From the NCBI GenBank assembly GCA_002269645.1, contig NIVC01000620.1, forward strand, positions 1-64,000: DNA of 64,000 nucleotides, in the 5' to 3' direction. The notes below the pieces were generated by a model. That model was not told the origin of the DNA. It was given only the letters and a program-made list of their open reading frames with translations, and ran no database searches. Shown in pieces: positions 12,331-22,852 of this stretch (its first letter is position 1; every line of letters starts with the position of its first letter). This stretch comes from Macrostomum lignano (lineage: Eukaryota). Position numbers and translations under genes: made by a program.

Positions 12331-13077
12331 AAGTTAATAAATCCAGTGTATAATTATGCGCGTGCAATTTAATTATAACTTGTTGCTGTTGTACTGTTAT
12401 TTATATTTTAAAGTTCTCAAAAAGCAGGAACACTTTTATTGCGAGATTCATGATCAAGCAACTGTTGCAATTGTACCGCTTTCGTCGCCTACAAATGTGA
12501 TTTTCTGTTACATACATGTATATACTAGCTGTAACCCACGAGCGTATAAACGTTAAGTTGTCATGAAAACTTTTCATAAATTATAGTTACTTTATGTAAT
12601 ATTTTAATCACCTGGCAGTGTTGTCTTAGTATTATACTCTGATCCGCTGCGCCGGTATACAGTATTATACAGTGCATGGTCCTTGGGTATGGTATGCACC
12701 TTTCACAGCAATTAAGTTAGTGGACTTCTAAAATTATGTGAGACGAACGTGCTACTATGTACATGTACCATGCAATCTTTATAGCTATATGTAACCATTT
12801 GGAAGCCGCGATCAGATGGTTATCATTAGTTAATGTGATTGTTGATGTCACTGCAAGTCGTACTACGTCTTAAAAAATGACCTGCACAATTTATCCGATT
12901 TCTCGAATTCTTGTTAGTTTCAGCGAAGCTAAAAAAATCCGAAAAAGGGACTAAAGAGACTTGTTGAAAAAAATCTTTCAATAACACAGGGTGTTGTGTC
13001 CAACAATCATGTGTTCAATTGGAAATATGATATAAAATACCTTCCCTTTGGCGTTTCGAAATCAGATATACCTGTAA

Positions 13078-13849
13078 TAGGGGTCCCAAATCCCGGACAT
13101 TTTACAAATGCCGGTATCCCGGAAAAAAATTGACCAAATCCCGGGATCCCGGGCCAATCCCGGGATTTTTAAACAAACAAAATTTACGGAAAGCTTTCTA
13201 TTATCCACAAAACAAATTTCTCAACCAATTCGAGCATGCATCATTTGTTGGATTTCTACTTTCTATTTCTAGCTTATACTGCATTGATAAAATAGTTGAA
13301 GTTAGTTGTTAGTTGTACATACATAACTAAACTACACCCTCTCCCCTCGGATTAGGACTGTATACGCTGCGCTGGGTGCCTCTTTCAGCCCCCAACACAC
13401 AGACCACCTCACACACACACACACACAGATCGAGGCTCAGACTCAGAACCCAGTCCCCACCCGGCCTCCTTTTTCTACTGCTTCCTTTCTTTTCCTTAGC
13501 TAGCTGCGCCTGCGCCCTGCAGCGGGCCCCGCGGACCAGTTGGGCCCAGTGTCCAGGGCCATTGCCACTTGACAGGTTAGAGTCTAGACTAGACCCTTAG
13601 TCTACTCAGTGACTAGTAGTAGTGCTTGATACAGTTGATTAATAGTCCTACTGTCCTTCATTCTAAAACTTCATTCTCAGGATGCAAAAATTCTCTCAAA
13701 ACTGTTAACTGCTAACTGCAAGACGAAAAATATTCACTTTTGCAAATTGTAAATTCCATGCAATCCCGTGCTACCCGGATCCCGGATCCCTAATCCCGGG
13801 ATCCCGAACACTAACAAAAAGCCGGGATAGCTATCCATTGGGACCCCTA
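13078..13849. mobile_element. non-autonomous hAT-type DNA transposon (MITE)
   Basis: TIRs TAGGGGTCCCAA / TTGGGACCCCTA; 8-bp flanks acctgtaa (13070-13077) and gcctgtaa (13850-13857), 7/8 identical; clustered subterminal CCCGGGAT motifs. Confidence 0.85.
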
Positions 13850-15201
13850 GCCTGTAACTATTAAACGATGCGATCGACCTATCGATCGATCTTTCAATTC
13901 AGGCAGTTCACTTATTATTGTAAATGCCGTAATGTTTTAACTTATATAAAGAAGGAATATTGCTTTTCAAAGTTAAAGAACTAATTAATAGAAGGCAGTA
14001 GTTTGTATTCTCGCTTTTAAAGCATTTAAACATAAAAGTTTGTTTTGTTATACGTGCTACAATAGAGTTTCTGTTTCTCTCGATTTTTTCTTTCCGTGAA
14101 ACGAGAATCGCAACAAGCTGAAACTGAACTGCTGCAACTTGGTCCTGGAGGAAGAGGAACTTTATGCTGTTTTGCTGAGCGTAGTTTCTGCTGTTATCAT
14201 GGTATATTTTTTGTTATAAACAGTAGTTATTGTGGGATAGGTCAACACCTAAGCCATTGTTTTTAAAGTACAGCAGGTAACAGTCGCCGCAGGTCGCAGG
14301 ATTGTGAAACTGCAGTCCGAGTCCTGTCTGCAGTGATTCGGTGGTGCCTGACGGATCTATCATCCATTCATCCGGGAGGCCACAAGCTAGTGCCATATGA
14401 ATTAGGCCTAGTGTGTATATGTGAGCAAGTATGTTTTTACATAATTACTTACAAGACTGATTTTAATTAAATACAAGTCTCTGCTATCCATGTAAAATTG
14501 AAATAGTGTAGGGGGCTTAAAATGCATATTCGATGTCAAAATAATTTACTCAATTAAAGTGCACCAGTGCAGGATTGCCATTTGCCAACATTAGGCCTAT
14601 ATGATAATTTAATTATAAACTTTAATTATTTTTGCCATGTTTATGGTATGCAATAGTGTCAATACTTCCTTTTAAAATAAAAGTTATATAATAATTACAA
14701 AAAAATTATTTTTTTTAATGTTTGGCAAAATATTTCCTTCCGCTTCCTTAGCCTAAGGCTTAGGCTTATTTTAAACTTATAGTAGGCCTAGTTAAAATTA
14801 AATAAGACAATATGTTTTTTAATGAAAAGCCTAGGCCTAGCAACTATAATATAATTTTAATAAGTATTAAGCCTAATAAAACAGAATGTGCTAATATTAA
14901 TATAGGTCCTAGTAAAATAGGTCATAATATTAATATTAAGGCCTATTGAAATATTTAGTAAATATATGTATTATAAATATTATTATTAGCTTATAATATT
15001 TTATATATTTTATATTTATTGGAAAAAAGATAATCTTCTTTTTATATGCAAAACAAAGGATTTATAATATATTCTTGGCATTTATTTCTTAAAATTAGAA
15101 TAAATATTAAGGTAAGGGCAGAAAAAGAAATAGGCCTATAATTTTAGTGGTCAGTTGGCTAATACCAAAATAAGGGGTTTTGACTTTTGAACTATTACTA
15201 G

Positions 15202-16090
15202 TGAGGTAGGGGTGGTGAAAAAAATAAACAAGATTTGAAATTGTAAGATTAGGGAGAATAAAAAATTTGGGTTTGTCGTTGGCATGTAAAGCCGGAAAAT
15301 TGCACAAATTGCTGCGCTGATTCTTCTCCTAGGTTACTCCGTCTGCCGGGTCCTCAATTCCGGGGGAGGGTAGTCGTAATCGTAGTCGAGTGGTCCTGTA
15401 GCGGCCCGGGTCATTCAAATTAGGTCCTCAGACACCGAAAAATTATAGTTTGTCAAAATTGCTAGTTGTGTTACTCTCAGTAGTAAAGTAGCGCTGCCAC
15501 CACCATAAATGTCGTTTTACGGAATGTTTAGGGTCTCAGAGCTTTCTTTGAGATGAGACTGATTGGTTATTTTATGCCCCGCGGGCAAATGACTCAATAG
15601 AAAACTAAAGGCTTCAATTCTGAACAACTGAATAAATATTAAATGTTGCGAACTTATTATTATTTCGTTAATTATTATTACGGTTAGTTATTATCGCTAC
15701 GCGAGATGAACAAGCAGAGACAGGAGCAGAAACTAACTAAACTAAAACTCAAACAAACACACACACTTTAAAAAAAATGACTCCAGAGATAACTCATATA
15801 TAACATATTGGCGTGAAGGATCCCAGGGGTGGGACAGAGGATGGGACAAGGGAAGGGACAACGAAGGGAAAAAGAGGAAAACCCGGCTGCTGGAAACATT
15901 AAAACAACAGGGGCCAATGGAGGGAACAGAAAAGGGAACAGACAAGGGAGCAAGGGCGGGAACAAACGGGGGAACAAACCAGGGAACAAAAGTTGAAAAA
16001 AAAATGACGTCAATCTGTCCGGCCGTCCTCATGTTGTCGCCCGCGAGAGATCTGCCGTCGTTCACCCCAGTGGTAGACCGGCCTACCACA
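15202..16090 (-). repeat. 3' LTR of the Ty3/gypsy element
   Basis: Near-identical to 23941..24828; about 14 substitutions plus small indels seen by eye. Confidence 0.95.
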
Positions 16091-16142
16091 GGCGCGGGGG
16101 CGCCGGGGCGAATGGCAGCAGACAGACGAACTCCCGGACGTC

Positions 16143-16655
16143 TCAGGGGCGGCAGTCCTGCTTCGCCAGCCGGCCACGCGCAGGCTCGGGCTGAAGGTCA
16201 AGAAGCTGCAGGCGCTGCCCATTTAAGGCTCCGGGTGCCTCTCGATGGCGGCCTCCCAGAACTGGCGGACCTCTGGCAGCCATCCGTTCTGGAGGTGGCC
16301 CGCCTCCTAATAAGCCAGCGTGACAAATAGGGCGAGGGCAGGCCAGGGGTCGTCCTCCCTTGCGAAAGCAGGCATCTACACGCCGCAGCGTCGCATCGAG
16401 GAGCTCCCTCGTGTTCACGGGCGGCATTTCGCGACAGAGTGTCTGCCATGGGGCATCCACTTGAACGCGGCCCTTGTCGTCCGCCTGGTGGTAGGCCTCG
16501 TTGAGCGCGCGGCGGAGCTGTTCGCGAGCTGGGGCCGCGCCGCTTGGGGCAGTGGCCAGGGCCCGCAGGGTGTCAGCTTCATTGGTGGACAGCCAGGGCG
16601 CGGTTGTCTGCATCTCTGGAGAGACATTGTCGCAGTTGGACCAATTGTTAGCCAT
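16143..16655 (-). CDS. third ORF (ORF3) of the LTR element, unknown function, frameshift and stop in this copy
   Basis: MANNWSNC..APWLSTNEADTL..AYHQADDKGRVQVDAPWQTLCREM..TRELL, then in a shifted frame WPALALFVTLAY*EAGHLQNGWLPEVRQFWEAA. Homologous peptides are recovered from the older copy at about 25980-26340. The 3' end is uncertain. Confidence 0.65.
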   Translation of the reverse strand: MANNWSNCDNVSPEMQTTAPWLSTNEADTLRALATAPSGAAPAREQLRRALNEAYHQADDKGRVQVDAPWQTLCREMPPVNTRELLDATLRRVDACFRKGGRPLACPRPICHAGLLGGGPPPERMAARGPPVLGGRHREAPGALNGQRLQLLDLQPEPARGRLAKQDCRP

Positions 16656-17574
16656 AGAGCTGCGACGAGACGTAATGCGAGTGTCCAGAAGAAAATTTAG
16701 CTTAGCAGGTCGGATCAACAGAATTGGAGAAAATAAAATTGAAGATGGCCCCTAAAATAGGTGCAAAATATTCCAACTGGTGGAATTCCAAACCAACCAG
16801 AGGAAATAAAATTCAACCACTGGAATTGAGCCATCACCCCCGTGCACTCTAAGGTGGCACACAGAGTTGGGATGGGCGCATGAATCAAGGAGTCATAAAA
16901 TAGATAACCGCGCGGCAGGGGTCCAAAATCAGAATGAATGAATGGGGCGCCTCACACGGCTCACAAAACAGGTTGGCGGTTAGAGAGAGGGGGGGGCTGA
17001 ACATTCGCATAAACAGTAGTTTAGAAAAATAGTAAGAACATAGGTAGTTCCTAAAAATTAGAATAGCAGATAGATACAGGCATAGTGACTGAGTTAGAAT
17101 TTGGATCTCCATAAGGAGTTACACAAAACGGCAAAAGGCACTAGGAAGGGGCTGGACAGGCGCCCTTACAAATTTTCCCAGGCTCGGCTTGGTCAGAACA
17201 AAGAAAAAGGGGGCCGTTCACCTCAGATGCCCTCCGCTGAGGACAAGGCCTAGAGCCAGGGTGGCTAGACCTGAGCGGGGCAAACGACTGTGGCACCAGA
17301 GCAACATTGGCTTGCAAAAATTAAAAAAAATACCTTCAGCCACAAGCAAGGACTGCAAGGTTTACGATTGAAATATAACTTCGCAAAGTTAATGACACGC
17401 AATTGAGCAAATTAATGAATTGCATGCGGATAAGTAATTGTCGCGTAGGTGCTGGCTTTTCCCATCAAGCCTAAGGCTAAATATCAGAACGCAGAAGTGC
17501 AGGTCGCGTTGAATAAATATGGGCACCAATTGAGCATGAGCACAATGTACAAAGGCTTTTGACCGGAAAGCGTA

Positions 17575-17850
17575 AGGAGCAGAAATGGAAAAAAAAATTA
17601 GTTGCTTTTGCCCTCAAGCATAAGGAAAGTACATTGAGAAACACTGCTTTTGCCATCAAGCATAAGGGAAGTACAGAAATTAATTGCTTTTGCCCTCAAG
17701 CATAAGGAAAGTACAGAAAATTAGTTGCTTTTGCCCTCAGGCATAAGGAAAGTACAGAAAATTAATTGCTTTTGCCCTCAAGCATAAGGAAAGTACAGAA
17801 AATTTGTTGCTTTTATCCCTCAAGCATAAGGAAAATAAAATTGAACTGGA
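17575..17850. repeat. ~36-37-bp tandem repeat in the IN-ORF3 spacer of the LTR element
   Basis: ttgcttttgccctcaagcataaggaaagtacagaaaatt about 7 times; related units at 27480-27620 in the older copy. Confidence 0.9.
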
Positions 17851-18002
17851 AAATTGAAATCTGCTTTCAGCACAGAACAGGTACAGAGAAAGCTTACCGC
17901 AAAATTAAAATCGGAACGCGTTCACAAATTAGACTACTACTAGTAATGCGCATCAAAAGTTAGCAACTTGGCGCAACAGAAAATTCATTGGTAAATACCT
18001 TT

Positions 18003-21000
18003 TCAGATCTCCATTTCCATGCCGATGTCAGGCAGATCCGGGTCGCCTTCGGCGAGCACTTCCGGATGGCGGAGGCTTGGCTCAAACAGCTGACTGCCTC
18101 GCAGGTCTAGCTGAGTTGTGGCCGGCTGCTCTGGCGTGGGCTGATTGGCTGGGTCGACTTCGCTGTCTTCGCTCGACTCATAGGGCAGCATTGGCCGCTC
18201 TGTTTGGCGCGGTGGCTCCTGTGGTCGATCCGCCATCATCTGCGGCACCTTAATTATGTTGTTGCGATGTACCAACATTTCGGCGGGGTGTCCTCGTCGG
18301 GCAGTTGCTGGCTGGATCCAATAAGCTACTTCACCGACCTTTCTGTTGACCTTGTACATACTCTTGTATGGCCGGTGGAACTTGGGCAGCTCACCCAACT
18401 CGAGCTTCGGGTTGGCCAGGCAGACCAGATCTCCGGGCTGCAGTTCCACGGGCTTGGGTCGGTTCTCGTAGTATTCTTCGCGGCGTTGGATCTCGGCTCG
18501 CAATCACTGTCGCACAATTCTCTCGGTCTCGGCCAGTCTGCGCTGATGCTTCGCGATGTACTCGGGATGTCCGGAGATACGTCCAGGCGGTCTAGGGTGT
18601 TATCGATCGGGTACCAATAAGGCACTCTGTAGACGACGTAATGCGGCGAGAATCCCGTCGTACGATTGACAGCTGATCGCAGGGCTGTCAAAGCGGCTGG
18701 CAGCATCTTGTCCCACTGTTGATGATCTTCGAGAAGACAAGTGAGCACCTTCTTGATGTTTTTGTTGCACGATTCAGCTTGTCCATTGGCCCAGGGCGAA
18801 TATGGTGGCGTCGTTGTCTGCCGGATGCCATAGACTTCGCAGAAATGTCTAAACTCGTGCCCAGTGAACTGCTTGCCTTGGTCCGAATGGATCCACGCGG
18901 GAATTCCGGTGATTGGGAAGACTTGTTCCTGCAGCAGAGTTATAATTGTCTTGGTGCGCTGATTTTTCATGGCGAAGGCGAATGGATACTTCGACGTAGT
19001 ATCGACGTAGGTTAGGATGTACTTGTTTCCTCAGTCTGTCAGGTCTCCAGTGGGGCCCAGGATATCGATTGCACATTGCCCATAGATTTTGCAGACCGGA
19101 AACGACTGTACATGCGCCGGAATTCGTCGCCATCCTTTGCTTTGAGTGCAGGTCTGGCAGGAAGCAACATAGTCGGACACTGCCTTGGCCAGGGCAGGTC
19201 GCCAGAACCTTTCGCGCACCTTTGCGATGGTGAGGTCTCGGCCCATGTGTCCGCAGTAGGGCGAACCGTGCAGGTCGGCAAACACAGTGGGGTCGAGGCT
19301 CTTCGGCAGAACGATCCGCGCTTTCTCCTCTTCGCCAATATCGTCGAGATGAATAACTAATAGTCCATCGTCTCGGACTTCGAGCTGCTCGTAGAACGCT
19401 AGTAAGTTTCGTTCGTCTCGCTGATTTAGTGGCGGTTTTGGCTGTCGGCTTTCCAAAAGGTTGATCATCATGGCGATGGCAGAGTCAGCACGCTGATGAG
19501 TCTGGAGCTCCTCACGAGTGACTGGCCTCGGGATGTGATCAGTTAGATTCAATGTTGAACGTCGATTAGTCAAATTAGTTGGCGCGGCTTCGGCTATGGT
19601 GGCATGGTTCGGGGTCTGGAGCTCCCTCCGCACGATCGCTACTCTGGCCGGTTGCCGGGTCGTTGATGTGCCCGAAGGTCGATCCTTGTCGGTAGCTTTG
19701 GCGTCATTGTTGTCGGATTCAGATCGGTCAGCAGTTGATGATGAGTCAGCAGAGCTGTCCGCGTCGCTGCTGAATCTCACCTTCTTAAACTTTGGGCAGC
19801 GAGCGGGTTGGCAGCTGTCCTCTCTGGCTGCGCTGTGGTCGCTGTCTGTGCCGTCTCCAGCTAGTAGTCGGCGGCTCCTTGACGGGCAACATGTCGTGCT
19901 ACTAAAACTGGTAGGCGACCTCTGCGAGTCATCGTAACGGCTGGCTGATGGCCTCAGCTTCGTCGCCGGCGGGTGCAGCTCTGTCAGCGGCTTGCTGTCG
20001 GCTGTCGGGGTTGCTGGCGGCGTAGCCTCGCCGTTGGACTCCTTCGGCTTAGTTGGTGGTTTCTGTCGCTTACAGCGGGTCGACGGCTTCTTGCTCGGTG
20101 GAGGACTAGGGTGGCTGCTGTCGTGGACCTTCGGCGCTGCTGCGCCAGTTATCGCGGCTGGCTGCTTACTTTGGTCCTCATCAGCTGCCTTGCGCTGAGC
20201 CTCCTCCAAGCATTCGGCGTCGTCCTCCGGCCGTCTCGAGAGACTGTCGGCGTTTTGATGCTGACTCGATTTGCGATGCTGGATCTTGAACTCAAATTCG
20301 CTTAGTCTCTGCAGCCATCGTCCGAAGATTCCTTCTTGCTGAGTTCGCCTTAAGATCCAGGTTAATGCGGCATGATCGGTTCGGCAGATAAACTTCTTGG
20401 CCAGCAGGTAGAATCTGAAGTGTCGCATTCCATCTACGACTGCCAAGAGTTGCTGTTTAGTAATCGGATATCGGGCTTCGGCTAGTTTCAGTCGCCGGGA
20501 GAAATAGCCAATTGGTCGCTCAACTCCGTCAGCTTGGCGTTGGCTCAGACAGGCTCCGATTCTGGTTGCAGAAGCATCCGTGTCCAGGATAAACATTACA
20601 TCCGGATCTTCACTGAACTGCGGATACGCAAACACTGTCGTCGAAGTCATTGCGGCCTTGAGCTGATCAAACGCATCTTGCTGGGCTTTTCCCCATAGAC
20701 AATTCAAGTTTCTAATCCTCTTCTCCTTAATCAGATCGTGGAGCGGAGCAGCAAGTTCTGCATAGCTAGGTACGAATTTGGCATAATAAGCGCACGTGCA
20801 GACAAAACTTTTAAGTTGGCGAGCTGTCCTTGGTCTTGGCCAGGTTTGAATCGCTTCGATCTTAGCTGGGTCGGTCTTGATTCCATCTTTTGTTACCACA
20901 TGTCCCAGATAGTTTATACTGGCCCGAAATAGATGGCACTTCTTGCCTTTGAACTTTAGATTTGCTTCTGGAACCCGTTTGAAAACTTCTTCCATATGTT

Positions 21001-22852
21001 GTAGGTGATCGTTGAATTTCTTAGAGTAGACGATGACGTCATCCAGATAGGCTATTGCACTTTTGTAGGCGATCCCGTTGAGCACAGCGTTCATCAGTCG
21101 CATGAAGCTAGCTGGAGCTGAACTTAGTCCCATAGGCATAACATTGTAGGCAAATTGTCCGCAGTGCAGCGTGGCGAAGGCAGTCAGATCTTGATCCTCT
21201 GGACGCAGTGGAATCTGATAGTAGCCGCTGTTCAAGTCAAACGTGCTGAATAGCTGGCTTCCTTCGAGGCTAGCGAATGCTTCTTGGATGTTAGGAATCG
21301 AGTACGGAAAGTACTCACACTTTTGATTCAGACTCCTGAAATCTTGCACAATTCGTAGGCTGCCGTCCTTCTTCGGGATGATCACCAGCGGGGTGTTATA
21401 GCTGGAGAAGCTCAGTCGAATCACGCCTTTGGCCAGCAGATCGTCGAGTAACTGGTCCACCTTGGGTAGCAGGTGCGGCGGGATCCTTCGCGTTGGGAGA
21501 TGCACCGGATCTTTGTCCTTCAGTACGATGTTGTGGGTGACCAGATGAGTTCGGCCGAGATCGTGTGGCCCCTGCGAGAAGATGGTCTTGTACTTTCTCA
21601 ATAGCTCAATGACTTGAGCGCGCTGGTCTTTGGAAAGATCCTCACTGATATCAATCTCCTTAATCCAGGCATCGGGATCCTTGTCTTGGATTTGATTGAC
21701 AGAGTCTTCTGATTTCAGCAGCGGGAAGAAATGTAGCTCGGGCAGTCTGATTGGTCTAGCAATCCCGACTAGGGCATTCGCTCGCACTTTGATGGCTGTA
21801 GTACCATGGTTGATCATTTTGATAGCGCCTTCTCCATTAGCCATGGAAATCAGGGCAGGCGTGGCGTCCAGGTGCTGCACATCTTCTTCACGCCGAGCCG
21901 GTTTCAGCGGCTCGATCACTGCGGGTGTATCCTGGTTTTCTTTTTGTCCTTTTGCTAATTTGATTTTGATTCGGGCAGATGATAATGGTGGCACCGTAGT
22001 GCTTTCGGCGGTGTAAATTCTGCACGTTGTAGCTTCAGTTTGCATATAGCGAAGTGGTGCGGCAGTGCCGTCCTTGAAAAACAGCATTCCGGCGGCGAGG
22101 TCCAGTGATGTGCTGTACTTCTCCAGGAACTCGAAACCCAGAATGTTGTCATGCGATCCTTTTGCTAGCAGAAACTTGACTGTAGGCTCGAAATTACCAA
22201 TTTTCACTTTAATAGATAGCTGGCCGGCCATTTGAATAGGCTCTCCATTGTAGGTCACGATACGTTGAAGGCAGGGCTCGATTTGGCCACGCAAGGTCGG
22301 GTCGTCAGTACATAGGCGGTGCCAGGTGCTGAATCCTAGGACTTCGCACTTGGACCCGGTATCAAGCAAGAAAGCAAAATAGCGGCCCTGAATCTCACCA
22401 GTTAGAAACGGGTCTCTCCGAGGTCGCTTGGGTGCTAATGGCTGTATAGGTGCAGCGGAGGCGGTCTCAGCAGTGGCCTGCTGAGTGACTAAAGTCCGCG
22501 GCGGGGACTTCAGTGCTGGCTCGGCTGCTGGATGGCGCTGCCCCGATGGCGCATCCAGCCGTCCCGTTTCCCGAGCTGCTGTTGCGCTGGGATGCGGTGC
22601 TGGCCGACCGTCGGTGCAGGCACTCATCGGCGCGGTGCTCGCAATTGCACCTGTAACACATGGCATTCTGCTGCCGCAGCTGATAGGGCGGCGGCCTCGA
22701 ACTCGACCATTGCTGCAGCTGCTGCTGCTGCTGACGTTGACCTCCTGCTGGCGGCGTTCTCGGCGGCAGGTTGCTGCCGTCTTGTGGTTGCTGAAGTTGA
22801 TGGAACGGTTGCTGCGGCACCATACGCGTGCCAGGTGTCGTAAATTGGGCAC
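18003..22852 (-). CDS. pol: pol polyprotein (aspartic protease, RT, RNase H, integrase), disrupted in the integrase
   Basis: FLLDTGS protease; RIVQDFRSLN, DLNSGYYQI, MPMGL, YLDDVIV (RT); ILDTDAS, TDH (RNase H); H..PYCGH..C..C zinc finger; WIHSDQGKQFT and NGQAE integrase core. In-frame TGA at 19031, a frameshift near 18530 and TGA near 18507. Confidence 0.95.

Noticed and set aside
11151-12367. Long S/L-rich minus-strand ORFs (375 aa and others; also 32554-33157, 37141-37726)
   Set aside because: By-products of purine-rich simple sequence that lacks stop codons on the pyrimidine strand.
14214-14396. 60-aa ORF MALACGLPDEWMIDPSG as a gene exon
   Set aside because: No recognisable domain or supporting neighbouring exons.
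16143-16718. ORF3 as a retroviral-type env
   Set aside because: Too short; no signal peptide, furin site or clear C-terminal transmembrane anchor visible. Kept as an unknown ORF.
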